From an uncultured Actinomycetes bacterium (lineage in GTDB: Bacteria; Actinomycetota; UBA4738; HRBIN12), in contig CAWGVY010000001.1 in NCBI GenBank assembly GCA_963826185.1, forward strand, positions 261,732 to 325,731: a stretch of 64,000 nucleotides of DNA. Direction: 5' to 3'. The translations under genes and the position numbers were made by a program. The notes under the pieces were generated by a model, which was not told the origin of the DNA, made no database searches, and saw nothing but the letters and a program-made list of their open reading frames with translations. Shown here piece after piece: positions 10,254-19,749 of this stretch. The first letter of the stretch is position 1. Each line of letters starts with the position of its first letter.

Positions 10254-10943
10254 TCAGCCTTTGGAGGCCAGGCGCTGCTGGACGGCGTCGCTTCGGAGCT
10301 CTCGGAGCGCGTCGCGGGCGATCCACCGCGCGGAGCGCGAGTCCAACTTCAGGAGCTCCTCGGCCTCTCGGATGGCAGCGGCATTCAGGTGGCGGTTCCG
10401 TTTGCCGATCTGGCGCAGGGCCCAGTTCACGGACTTCTTGACGTAGTTGCGCTCGTCGGTGGCTCCTCGGCGGATCGCGGGGAAGAAGCGCATCCAGAAG
10501 GCATCATCGTGGTCGCGATCGTGCACGGTGAGCTCGGCGATCATCGTGAATCCTGCCCGCCGTTCGAACTCCTGCTCGCGTTTCACCCACGTGCGCGCTT
10601 TCGCGCGGGCGAAGGGCGTGCGGATGAACAGGTTCCCGCACACCTGATCGCACAGATCCCACGAATCGAAGCCGGCCACCCACGTCTCCATCTGCTCGTC
10701 GGTGACCTGAGACGGGTCGTCCACCATGGAGGCGAGGATCCGTGCCTCGTGGATCCCCGTGTCCCACAGGTCCAGCGCCAGTGCGTGATCCCCTCGATGC
10801 AGCCGCCCGATCTTGCGGCAGAGGGGGATGCTCACCCCCAGGGCGCGCTCGGTGTTGATCCCCACGCGTGCCATCCCGGGGAGCCGCGATGCATCAGCTA
10901 CGCCGCGTAGCTCGTTGAGGACCACACGCGCGGTCGCCTTCAC
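10254..10943 (-). CDS. DNA alkylation repair protein (AlkD-like HEAT-repeat family)
   Basis: GTG at 10943 gives 'VKATARVVLNELRGVADASRLPGMARVGINTERALGVS...WVKREQEFERRAGF...NYVKKSVNWALRQIGKRN'. Family recalled from memory. The N-terminal part of the 321-aa track ORF was discarded. Confidence 0.65.
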   Translation of the reverse strand: MKATARVVLNELRGVADASRLPGMARVGINTERALGVSIPLCRKIGRLHRGDHALALDLWDTGIHEARILASMVDDPSQVTDEQMETWVAGFDSWDLCDQVCGNLFIRTPFARAKARTWVKREQEFERRAGFTMIAELTVHDRDHDDAFWMRFFPAIRRGATDERNYVKKSVNWALRQIGKRNRHLNAAAIREAEELLKLDSRSARWIARDALRELRSDAVQQRLASKG

Positions 10944-11008
10944 GGACCCGCCTTCGCGCCCATCGGTGGATGCTACGGCGCAGCGACAGGATAGGCGTGC
11001 TGGGGGAG

Positions 11009-12097
11009 CTACACGGGCTGCGGTGGGATCGTGACGAAGCGCAGACCGCGATGACGGATCCCTCGGATGATCTTGGGGAGCGCGTCGATCGTGTGCGCCG
11101 CATCGCCACCACCGTCGTGCAGCAGGATGATCGACCCCGGCTTCACATGCCGCAGGATCGAGTGCACGATCTGCCGTTTCGTCCTGGCGGCACGCCAGTC
11201 TCGAGGGTCGACGCTCCACAGCACCACACGCATGCCCTCGCGTCGAGCCTCCTGCACCACGAAGTCGTCGAAGCTGCCTCCCGGCGGACGGAAGAGCGTC
11301 GGGCGGATCCCGGCCTTGGTGAGCGCAGCGCTCGCATCCGCGATCTCGGCCACGATGTCCTCGTCGGTGAGCTCGGCGAGGGCGGGCGATACCGGATGGT
11401 CGAATGAGTGGTTGCCGATCTGGTGGCCGCGTTTCACGACCTTCGCCACCAGGTCTGGATAGCGCTCGGCCAGGTTCCCCACCATGAAGAACGTGGCCGG
11501 CACGTGATACCGCTTCAGGACGGCCAACACACGTTCGGTGTCGCCCGGCCAGGGGCCGTCGTCGAACGTCAGCGCGACCGCCCGCGGGGTCTTCGCGCGA
11601 CCTCTTGACTCGTCGGTGATCGACACGATCTCGCCGGACACGCGTCCGGAGATGGTCGTACGTCGCGTCCGGTACGTCGCCAGGGTACGTTCGGGGTTGC
11701 CGAGCCTCCTGCCGATGTCGGCAACGAGCCGCCGGGTACCTTCCGTGCGATCGTGCCCATCGTCCACGACGATCTGATCACCGGTCGACAGGCGTGTGGC
11801 CCTGGGCGCTCGGGAACCGTTGAGCAGGATCCGCCCGGGGTCGGCGAACCGGTTCAGTACGGCGCCACCTACCGAGAGGAGTCGACCGGTGTGCGCCTGG
11901 ATGCCGAGTCGTTCGATGGCGCCACCGAACGTGATCCCCGGTGGGAGCTCGTGGGCGGCATCGTTCACCATGATCCGGACCGGCGGCGGGGGTGGCGGCG
12001 TGGCGCCACCGCACGCACCGACGAGCGCGGCACCGGCGATCAGTGCCAGGGCACGCGCGGCGAACGGGAAGGTCGTGCCAGCCATGGACCCGTCCAT
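11009..12097 (-). CDS. polysaccharide deacetylase (NodB domain) with signal/lipobox and N-terminal beta-rich domain
   Basis: '[31 protein letters not shown]' (lipobox LVGAC). NodB motifs 'TFDDGP', 'GNHSFDHP', 'LLHDGGG'. The start could also be 12085. Confidence 0.85.
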   Translation of the reverse strand: MDGSMAGTTFPFAARALALIAGAALVGACGGATPPPPPPVRIMVNDAAHELPPGITFGGAIERLGIQAHTGRLLSVGGAVLNRFADPGRILLNGSRAPRATRLSTGDQIVVDDGHDRTEGTRRLVADIGRRLGNPERTLATYRTRRTTISGRVSGEIVSITDESRGRAKTPRAVALTFDDGPWPGDTERVLAVLKRYHVPATFFMVGNLAERYPDLVAKVVKRGHQIGNHSFDHPVSPALAELTDEDIVAEIADASAALTKAGIRPTLFRPPGGSFDDFVVQEARREGMRVVLWSVDPRDWRAARTKRQIVHSILRHVKPGSIILLHDGGGDAAHTIDALPKIIRGIRHRGLRFVTIPPQPV

Positions 12098-12132
12098 CCT
12101 GTCACGAGCATGATCGGGCCACCTGACAGGAT

Positions 12133-12576
12133 GTGAAGATGGAACGAGAAGCTGCCTCATCACCGCACGCCCCGCCGGCCATCCTGATGGTCTGTGACGG
12201 GGTGGCCCTGCTCGCGTTCGTCGCTGCGGGGATGCGTTCCCACCATGAGGGCGCCCTCTGGTGGGTGTTCGCGCGTAACGCGATCCCCCTCCTGACTGCG
12301 TGGGCCGTGTTCGCGGCGCTCTTCCACACCTACCGACGGCGGGACCTAGGGTCGTTGCTGCGCACCTGGCTGGTCGCCGTTCCTGTGGCGTTGGTCGTCC
12401 GCTCGGTATGGGTCGGGTCACCCACCGGAGGTAGGTTCGTGACCTTCCTCGTCGTCGGGATGGCGTTCACCCTGCTGTTCCTGCTTCTGGGCCGCGCTGC
12501 CGCGAGCGGGATCTCGAGGATCGGGCGCCCGAAGGCGCCGCCACGGATGTCCGGCCGTCGTCCGAAAGATCAGTAA
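12133..12576 (+). CDS. DUF3054-like integral membrane protein
   Basis: 147-aa ORF with four hydrophobic helices and a basic tail. Family assignment from memory. Confidence 0.6.
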   Translation: MKMEREAASSPHAPPAILMVCDGVALLAFVAAGMRSHHEGALWWVFARNAIPLLTAWAVFAALFHTYRRRDLGSLLRTWLVAVPVALVVRSVWVGSPTGGRFVTFLVVGMAFTLLFLLLGRAAASGISRIGRPKAPPRMSGRRPKDQ

Positions 12577-12836
12577 CGGTCGTCGCGGCCGCCGGGCAGC
12601 TGGCCCGGGTCTGCCTCGTTCGACCGGTACTTGGTCTCGCGGGACTGGGAGAGCTGGCGGTCGTATCCCTCGGAGAGTTTGCGCGTGGATCGCTTCAGCG
12701 CCCACCAGGCGAGGGCCACCAGGAGCGTCACCGTGAGCGCGAAGGCGAGGATCAGGATCGCGGTGGCCTTCAGCACGGCTCCCAGGACGCCGAACACGGC
12801 TGCCAGGATCAGCAGGATCAGGATGAACAGGAACAT
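12570..12836 (-). CDS. small hypothetical membrane protein
   Basis: 88 aa. 'MFLFILILLILAAVFGVLGAVLKATAILILAFALTVTLLVALAWWAL' followed by a charged tail. Confidence 0.55.
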   Translation of the reverse strand: MFLFILILLILAAVFGVLGAVLKATAILILAFALTVTLLVALAWWALKRSTRKLSEGYDRQLSQSRETKYRSNEADPGQLPGGRDDRY

Positions 12837-12902
12837 GGTCCCTCTAGCCTACGACGGGATCGGTGAACGGGTCGATCTGCTTCGAACCGGCATACTGCCA
12901 CG

Positions 12903-13721
12903 ATGGCCGACGATCTCCGATCCCCGCTCTCGCCGGATGCGAACGCCGGGTCCGTCGCCATCGTGACGGGGGGTGGAACGGGGATCGGCCGCGCCACCGC
13001 TCTCGAGCTGTCGCGGACCGGCGCCCATGTGGCGATCTGCGGTCGCCGCCCCGAGCCGCTGGAGGGAACGGCCCGGGCGATCCAGGACGCGGACCGCGAC
13101 TGCTTCGCGATGCCCTGCGACGTGCGCGAACCCGCACAGGTCGATGGATTCCTGGACGCGGTGGGTGAGCGGTTCGGACCGGTGAACATCCTGGTGAACA
13201 ACGCCGGAGGGCAGTTCGCGGCGCCGGCCGAAGCGATCGAACTGAAGGGATTCCGGGCGGTCCACCGCTTGAACGTCGACGCGCCGTGGGACGTCACCCA
13301 TAAGGTGGCCACCCGCTGGATGATCCCGAACCACCGCGGCGTGGTGATCTTCCTCGGGTTCAGTCCGCGCCGGGGCGTGCCGATGATGGCGCACTCCTCG
13401 GTCGCCCGCGCTGCCCTGGAGAACATGGCGGCGTCGCTGTCGAACGAGTGGGCGAGATACGGGATCCGCGCTGTGTGCGTGGCGGCGGGGCTGATCCAGA
13501 CCGAAGGGGTCTTGCAGTACGGGGGCCAGGCGGCGGTGGACGAGTTCGCCACGCAGGTCCCGTTGGGTCGTCCCGGCCTGGCTCAGGAGGTGGCGGCCAC
13601 CATCGCGTTCCTGACGTCGCCGGGAGGCGGGTACATCACAGGATCGACCGTTCTGGTCGACGGCGGTGCCGATGCCTGGGGCCTGGGGATGCCACCTCCC
13701 GGCCCCGACGCTCCTTCGTGA
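12903..13721 (+). CDS. SDR family oxidoreductase
   Basis: 272 aa. 'AIVTGGGTGIGRA' Rossmann motif and 'NNAGG'. Confidence 0.88.
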   Translation: MADDLRSPLSPDANAGSVAIVTGGGTGIGRATALELSRTGAHVAICGRRPEPLEGTARAIQDADRDCFAMPCDVREPAQVDGFLDAVGERFGPVNILVNNAGGQFAAPAEAIELKGFRAVHRLNVDAPWDVTHKVATRWMIPNHRGVVIFLGFSPRRGVPMMAHSSVARAALENMAASLSNEWARYGIRAVCVAAGLIQTEGVLQYGGQAAVDEFATQVPLGRPGLAQEVAATIAFLTSPGGGYITGSTVLVDGGADAWGLGMPPPGPDAPS

Positions 13722-13774
13722 ACGGACGTACGATGCATCCTGTCCGAACCGAGCCCGCGGGAAGGAGCCGATCC

Positions 13775-14062
13775 ATGTACGGCACGTGTGCGAGCGCGAG
13801 GATCCGTCCCGAGAACCGGGATCAACTCGTCAAGGTCCTGGAGGCCCAGAACCAGGGGTCGCAGATCCCCGGATTCATGCACGGGTTCGTCCTGCTTCCC
13901 GAGGGCCGCGATGACGAGGTGATGATGTTCGCGGTGTTCGAGGATCGGGACTCCTACATGAAGAACGCCGATGATCCCGCTCAGGACGAGCGCTATCGCG
14001 AGTACCGAGCGCTGATGGAGTCGGATCCCGAGTGGACCGACGGGGAGATCGCCGGGATCTGA
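13775..14062 (+). CDS. small ABM-like (antibiotic-biosynthesis-monooxygenase fold) protein
   Basis: ATG at 13775 preceded by GGAAGGAG. 95 aa, 'MYGTCASARIRPENRDQLVKVLE...FAVFEDRDSYMKNADDPAQDERY'. Family call tentative. Confidence 0.55.
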   Translation: MYGTCASARIRPENRDQLVKVLEAQNQGSQIPGFMHGFVLLPEGRDDEVMMFAVFEDRDSYMKNADDPAQDERYREYRALMESDPEWTDGEIAGI

Positions 14063-14063
14063 G

Positions 14064-15263
14064 TCAGTTCCCTTTCGGCCTCCGTGGCGCCAGCAGACCC
14101 GCGACGATGATCCCCACCGTCGCGACCACCACCACGGCCATGGCAGCCCTCAGGTCCACGGTCTGCGCGATGTAGCCCAGCAGGGGCGGGCTCCAGATGA
14201 ACCCCGTGTATCCGACGGTGGTGACAGCCGCGATGGCGTTCGTGGGATCCTCGTCGATCCCCTCGACCAGACCGTACCCGGCAGGCGCCGCGGCGCTGAT
14301 CATGAAACCCAGGAGCAGGAACGCGACGCCGACCACCCACGCTTGGTCCGTGCTGACCGCCACGACCCCGCCGATCGCCGACCCGACACCGGAGACCAGG
14401 ATCGTGGTCCGCGGGCCTAGACCGAACAACACGCGGCCCGCGAACAGACGCCCGAAGAAGATCGCTCCGGAGAACGCCACGAAGACCAGGGCGGCCGTTC
14501 CGGCTGATGCATTCAATTCGGTCCGCAGGTAGAGGCCGGACCAGGTGTCCATGGAACCCTCGACCAGGAAGGCGAACAGGACCACCAGGGCGGGGACCCA
14601 CAGCGCGGGCGAGCGCAGTAGCGGCGAGATGGACAGCGACGTCTCGGTCCCTTCTGTCGAGCGGTCTCGAGGCGCAGTACGAGCGTTCCACGCCGCCATG
14701 ATGAACAGCGCCGTGCCCGCGAAGGCCAGACCGAGCCGGAAGTCCATGTCGGCGGTCCGGAGCAAGCCCGCGACGGCGGCGCCGGTCACCCCGCCCAGAG
14801 CGTAGGAGGCGTGGAGCCACTGGAGGACGGGCTTGCGGGTGGCAACCTCGGCACGCTGAGCTGCCACGTTGAGGTACACGTCGATCAACCCGTTGCCGGC
14901 GCCCACCAGGATGAAACCGATCACGATGACCGAGCTGGGCAGGTAGGAGATGGCGAACGATGCCACGGCCAACGTCGCCAAGGAGAGGGGAACGTTGGTC
15001 GAGAGAGCCAGCGGCTGGAGGCGGGGAGCGCCGAACAGCATCACCCCGACCGCGACAAGCGACAGGATCGTGTAGAGCAGGCCGAGCCGGCTGTCCGAGA
15101 TCGCGTGGAACCGTTGGAACTCGAAGACGAGGATCACCCAGACGCCCCAGAACTGCCCGAAGGCCCAGTAGCCGGCCAGAAGGGGGAGGATGGCTGTGCG
15201 ATCCCCTGAGGGGGACGTGGGGCCAGAGTCGGCTGGGCTCAGACGGGGCCCCAGTTCGTCCAT
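14064..15263 (-). CDS. MFS transporter
   Basis: About 12 predicted TM segments. I chose the start at 'MDELGP' (15263) rather than 15323, which would overlap the divergent potA. Confidence 0.8.
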   Translation of the reverse strand: MDELGPRLSPADSGPTSPSGDRTAILPLLAGYWAFGQFWGVWVILVFEFQRFHAISDSRLGLLYTILSLVAVGVMLFGAPRLQPLALSTNVPLSLATLAVASFAISYLPSSVIVIGFILVGAGNGLIDVYLNVAAQRAEVATRKPVLQWLHASYALGGVTGAAVAGLLRTADMDFRLGLAFAGTALFIMAAWNARTAPRDRSTEGTETSLSISPLLRSPALWVPALVVLFAFLVEGSMDTWSGLYLRTELNASAGTAALVFVAFSGAIFFGRLFAGRVLFGLGPRTTILVSGVGSAIGGVVAVSTDQAWVVGVAFLLLGFMISAAAPAGYGLVEGIDEDPTNAIAAVTTVGYTGFIWSPPLLGYIAQTVDLRAAMAVVVVATVGIIVAGLLAPRRPKGN

Positions 15264-15342
15264 CGCCGCATCATCCCACGGCCGTTGAACGGTGCTACAA
15301 ACTTGACCCAGGTCACGGGGCATGGTCTATGCTCCGCGGACG

Positions 15343-16467
15343 ATGGCAGGCGGACAGGTCCAGCTCGTCGATCTGGTCAAACGGTTCGGCGAATTCACGG
15401 CGGTGGCGGGGATCAACCTGCAGATGCCCTCGGGCGAGTTCTTCTCGCTCTTGGGTCCGTCCGGCTGCGGGAAGACGACCACCTTGCGGATGATCGCGGG
15501 GTTCGAGCGACCGTCAGAAGGGCAGATCCTGCTGGACGGCGTCGATATGGCCCAGACCCCTCCGCACAAGCGCAACGTGAACACGGTCTTCCAGAACTAC
15601 GCACTGTTCCCTCACCTCACGGTGGAGGAGAACGTGGCGTTCGGGTTGAAGTACAAGGACGTGTCGAAGCAGGAGTCCAAAGACAGGGTGGGCCGCGCTC
15701 TGGAACTGGTGGCGCTCACGGGGTTCGGCGGGCGCCGGCCCAATCAGCTCTCAGGCGGTCAGCAGCAGCGGGTGGCGCTCGCCCGCGCGTTGATCCTCAA
15801 CCCGGCCGTGCTGCTGCTGGACGAGCCGCTCGGTGCGCTCGATGCGAAGCTCCGCAAGCGCCTGCAGATCGAATTGAAGGCCCTCCAGGAGGAGGTCGGC
15901 ATCACGTTCATCTACGTGACGCACGACCAAGAGGAAGCGCTCACGATGTCGGACCGCATCGCGGTCATGTCGCAGGGGCGCGTGGAACAGGTGGGTCCCC
16001 CCAAGGAGATCTACGAGGAGCCCGCAACCGCCTACGTCGCGGATTTCCTGGGTGTGTCGAACCTGATGGACTCCACCGCCAGCGGGCCGGGTGACGGTGG
16101 ATGCCGCGTCAAGCTCGGTGACTTCGATCTGGTCGCGGGCCAGGGGGACGTCGAGACGGTCGGTCCGGCGAAGATCACGATCCGTCCCGAGCGCGTGGAT
16201 CTGCAGGCGCAGGGGAGCACCGGCGAGAACCGGATCCCCGCCATGGTGGAGCGTGTCGTCTACGTGGGGTCGGTGCTCCAGGTGATCGTGAACCTCGCGC
16301 CCGGCGAGCGCATCCAGTCCTGGATCCAGAACGAGGGGGGAACGGTGCCCTTCGAGTCGGGGATGCCGGTGACGGTGCACTTCCCTCCCGATGCCCTGCG
16401 CGTGTTGACACAGGGTGGCGCCGGACTGAACGAAGAGGACGACTCTCCGCCCCCGACCGACGACTGA
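15343..16467 (+). CDS. potA: spermidine/putrescine ABC transporter ATP-binding protein
   Basis: 'GPSGCGKTT', 'LSGGQQQRVALARAL', 'LLLDEPLGALD' and a C-terminal TOBE-like domain. Start taken at 'MAGGQVQLVDL'. Confidence 0.9.
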   Translation: MAGGQVQLVDLVKRFGEFTAVAGINLQMPSGEFFSLLGPSGCGKTTTLRMIAGFERPSEGQILLDGVDMAQTPPHKRNVNTVFQNYALFPHLTVEENVAFGLKYKDVSKQESKDRVGRALELVALTGFGGRRPNQLSGGQQQRVALARALILNPAVLLLDEPLGALDAKLRKRLQIELKALQEEVGITFIYVTHDQEEALTMSDRIAVMSQGRVEQVGPPKEIYEEPATAYVADFLGVSNLMDSTASGPGDGGCRVKLGDFDLVAGQGDVETVGPAKITIRPERVDLQAQGSTGENRIPAMVERVVYVGSVLQVIVNLAPGERIQSWIQNEGGTVPFESGMPVTVHFPPDALRVLTQGGAGLNEEDDSPPPTDD

Positions 16468-16484
16468 ACCCCTCGTTCGGGGGT
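16468..16484. terminator. short hairpin between convergent potA and potC
   Basis: ACCCC (16468-16472) pairs with GGGGT (16480-16484) around a 7-nt loop. Weak 5-bp stem. Confidence 0.25.
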
Positions 16485-17416
16485 CAGAAACTGACGAAGT
16501 CCTGCACGCTCGATGCCCCGTCCTTGCGCTGCCCCCGGCTCAAGACGCGGTAGACGATCAACGCCAGAGCGATCGCGGTGAAGGTGGAGAGCAGCATGAA
16601 CGTGGCGGCGGCGTTCACCGCCGGGGTGGGCGAGGAGCGGGCGGCCGAATAGATCTTCACGGACAGAGGCTGGGTCGCCACGGTGGAAGAGAGGTAGTAC
16701 ACCGTGACGAAGTCGTCGATCGTGTCGGCGAACACGATGGCGAAGCTCGCGAAGATCGCTGGATACAACAGCGGGAGCAGAACGCGAGTGATCGCTTTGC
16801 GCGGTGTGGCCCCCAGGTCCATCGCCGCCTCTTCGTAGTACGGGCCGATCGTCAATAATCGAGCGCGCACGATGATCACCGGATACGAGAGCTGGAAGGT
16901 GATGAGCCCCAGGAGTTGCGCGGTCGTCCCCAAGTTGACGAACGATCTCAGCAGGTTCGTGAACAGCAGCCACAGGGCGACCCCCAAGATGATCTCGGGC
17001 ACCACGAAGGAGAAGAGCATCCCGAAGTTGGCGAACTTCGCCGGCCGCGTGTGCCAGCGGTCGATCGCGATGGCGAACAACGTTCCCAGGGGCACCGCGA
17101 TCAGCATCGTGAGAAGGGAGAGCTTGAGGCTCTGGACGATCGCCTGTCGCAGGGTTGGGTCGGTGAAGAGCGCGTCGTTGGGGTCCTGCCACCACCACCT
17201 GAAGGAGAACCCCTGCCAGATGCTCCGCGACCGGCCGGCGTTGAATGAGAACGCGATCGCGATGAGCACCGGCACCAGCGCCCATGCGATGTAGGCCCAG
17301 GTGAAGCCCATCAGGAACACGGGCCGCCGCCATGGACTGGTGAGCCAGTTCCCGGACCGGTCCCCCGAGGGTCCGGCGGCGCCCGTGTCCTGCGGTTCCA
17401 CCGCGATCTCGCTCAC
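16484..17416 (-). CDS. potC: polyamine ABC transporter permease
   Basis: GTG at 17416 overlaps the restored potB stop (GTGA). 'VSEIAVEPQ...FLMGFTWAYIAWALVPVLIAIAFSFN...EEAAMDLGATPRKAITRVLLP'. Confidence 0.82.
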   Translation of the reverse strand: MSEIAVEPQDTGAAGPSGDRSGNWLTSPWRRPVFLMGFTWAYIAWALVPVLIAIAFSFNAGRSRSIWQGFSFRWWWQDPNDALFTDPTLRQAIVQSLKLSLLTMLIAVPLGTLFAIAIDRWHTRPAKFANFGMLFSFVVPEIILGVALWLLFTNLLRSFVNLGTTAQLLGLITFQLSYPVIIVRARLLTIGPYYEEAAMDLGATPRKAITRVLLPLLYPAIFASFAIVFADTIDDFVTVYYLSSTVATQPLSVKIYSAARSSPTPAVNAAATFMLLSTFTAIALALIVYRVLSRGQRKDGASSVQDFVSF

Positions 17417-18400
17417 TCCAACCCCTCCGCTGCTCGCCGTGTGGACCGCAGGTAGTACGCCATCGGGACGAGCAGGATCGCGATCAAGATGAGGACCAAC
17501 GATCCCGCGCGTGGGCCCTGGTTCGACTGGGTGACCGTCTTGTTGATCAGGTTGCCGTACATCGAGGTTCGTGGCGATCCCCATCAGGTCGTTCGTGTAG
17601 TAGTCGCCGAACATCGGGAGCGAGACGATCACCAAGCCGGCCAGGATCGCCTGCTTCGACACGGGGATCGTCACCCGTAGGAACGTACGCAGGGGACCGG
17701 CCCCCAGATCACGGCTGGCCTCGAGCAAGCTCAAGTTCATCCGGTCGATCCCGCCGTAGATGGGCAGGATCATGTACGGGATGTAGCCGTACACGAGCGA
17801 CAGGATCACCGTGACGGGTTTGCCCGACAGCCAATCCACAGGCTGGGCCACGAGGTGCAGGGCGATCAGCACGTCGTTCACCCATCCCTCGGTCGTCAGC
17901 AGGCTCTGCCAGGCGAAGATCCGCATCAGGTAGCTGATCCAGAACGGTGCCACCAGCAGGATCAGGTACACGGTCTTGTGCTTGCCCCCGTACCGAGCCA
18001 CGTAGTAGGCGACCAGGAAGCCGACCACGACGCAGATCAGCGAGGCGACCGCCACGTAGAGGAAGGTGCGGATGAGCGACGGCTGCCAGAACGCTGCGTC
18101 GCCGAAGAACCGTCCGATCACCTGCTTGAACGACGATGCGCTCCAGTACCACGGCTCGTACACGGGCAGCGCCTCGCCGAAGATCGGTCCCGAGGTCCCG
18201 AACGCAACCGATACCACGACATACAGGGGCAAGAGGAAGAAGATCAGGAGCCAGATCGTGGAGGGGGCCGCGAGGGAGGGCCAGTACCAGCGGGGCGACC
18301 ACGAGCCGGCGTCCTTGCGCGCTCGCCGACGGGCCTCGCGTCGGCTCGGAGGTCCCTGCTGTTCGCCCCCGGGCGTGACCTCGATGGTGACGTCAGCCAC
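17413..18400 (-). CDS. potB: polyamine ABC transporter permease, carrying one +1 frame break that fuses it to potC in the ORF track
   Basis: After '...FGDYYTNDLMG' the alternative frame reads 'SPRTSMYGNLINKTVTQSNQGPRAGSLVLILIAILLVPMAYYLRSTRRAAEGLE*' (canonical PotB C-terminus). The break is at the C4 run 17579-17582. Confidence 0.82.
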
Positions 18401-19643
18401 CTGAGGTGACCTCGTCCCACGCGTCGAACCATAGCTGGTCGGTCTCGCGGTCGAGCTCTAGGAGCAGTCGACCGGTGTCGAAATCCCCTTGTGTCACCAC
18501 GGCATCCGGCATCGACGCCGGCACCACCTTGTCATCGATCAAGGTCGCGGGCTTGATGGCGTTCTGTGGTGGTTGATAGCCCACCCAGTCGGCGAAGTTC
18601 TGGAACGCCCACTTCTCGTCGAGCATGAAGTTCAGGAACGCGTGCGCCAGGGCGGGGTTCTGGGAGTTGCTCGGGATCACCATCACGTCGTTGTTCACGG
18701 TGCCGTCCCGGGACTCCGGGTACCAGAACCCCAGGACGTCCTCACTCACACCGTTCGGCAGGTAGTACTTGGCCCCCACCATGTCGCCCGACCAGGCCTG
18801 CGTGACCCAGATCTCGTCGTCGGGCAAGAGGACATAGGCGTTGTTGATGGCGATCCGGGCGTTCGTAGCATCGAGCAGTCCGATGAGCGCGTCCGATGCC
18901 TCCTTGATGTCCTTCTCGCTCCCCGTGTTGACGTCGTCCACCCCGTTGCGGAGCAATGCCATCCCCAACGCGGTCCGGTAGTCGTCGTAGAAGGCGGTCT
19001 TGCCGAAGTACTTGGTGTCCCACAGGATGTCGTAGCCCTTCTGGGCCACCTCGTCGTCCTGGATGTGATCGCGCCGGTACCCGATCCCGGTGGTCCACGT
19101 GACGTACGGCACGGTGTAGCGCCATTTCTGATCGTAGAAGGGGTTCTGGTAGACCGGCCAGATGTTCTTCTTGAGGTTGGGGATCAACTCGTGGTTCACC
19201 GGCTGCATCAGCTTCGCCTCGGTGAGCTTGTTCAGCTTGTCGATGTCGGTGACGAAGACGTCGGGCTGGATCTGCCCGGCGCTGATCTTCTGGATCCCCT
19301 CCTCCATGTTGTTGAAGGTGGTGTATTCCACGGTGACGTCGAACTCGCTCCCGAACTCCTTCAGCGTCTTCTTGTAGAAGTAGTCGGCCCAGTTATACAG
19401 GCGCAGGGTCGCGCCCTTCTCGATCGGCGTGTCCGTGGGGATCGGCTCCCGTCCGTAGGTGGGCAGCGTGATCGGCCGGTCTTGACGTGCCGGCGGAAGG
19501 AGGGTCACGCCCTCGGGGAGTTGGCCGGGTCGTGCACACGCGGCCAGGATCGCGGCCATGCTGGGGAGCGCTATCGCTGCTCCACCCGCCCGCCGCAGGA
19601 ACTGGCGCCGCGAGTAGCGCCCATCCATCGGGTGACCTGCCAT
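18393..19643 (-). CDS. potD: polyamine ABC transporter substrate-binding protein (Tat signal)
   Basis: ATG at 19643 preceded by GGGAGG. 'MAGHPMDGRYSRRQFLRRAGGAAIALPSMAAILAACA' (twin-arginine plus lipobox-like AAC). PotD/PotF-like body. Confidence 0.88.
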   Translation of the reverse strand: MAGHPMDGRYSRRQFLRRAGGAAIALPSMAAILAACARPGQLPEGVTLLPPARQDRPITLPTYGREPIPTDTPIEKGATLRLYNWADYFYKKTLKEFGSEFDVTVEYTTFNNMEEGIQKISAGQIQPDVFVTDIDKLNKLTEAKLMQPVNHELIPNLKKNIWPVYQNPFYDQKWRYTVPYVTWTTGIGYRRDHIQDDEVAQKGYDILWDTKYFGKTAFYDDYRTALGMALLRNGVDDVNTGSEKDIKEASDALIGLLDATNARIAINNAYVLLPDDEIWVTQAWSGDMVGAKYYLPNGVSEDVLGFWYPESRDGTVNNDVMVIPSNSQNPALAHAFLNFMLDEKWAFQNFADWVGYQPPQNAIKPATLIDDKVVPASMPDAVVTQGDFDTGRLLLELDRETDQLWFDAWDEVTSGG

Positions 19644-19749
19644 GTTCGTCGCCTCCCTGGCCGACCGGCTCCGGACCGCGAGCTGATGCGGCTGAGTACC
19701 ATAGGCGACCCGCACCAGGCAAGTGCGGGTTCGCGAACGATCTGGATGA

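Noticed and set aside
13448-13774. Upstream part of ORF 13448-14062 (204 aa) as coding sequence.
   Set aside because: It overlaps the SDR gene out of frame. The ATG at 13775 has a good SD (GGAAGGAG) and yields a compact 95-aa domain.
16484-18400. The 638-aa ORF as a natural fused PotB-PotC permease.
   Set aside because: The linker is non-membrane nonsense. A one-base correction in a C4 run restores a canonical PotB C-terminus that ends in a GTGA stop/start overlap with PotC.
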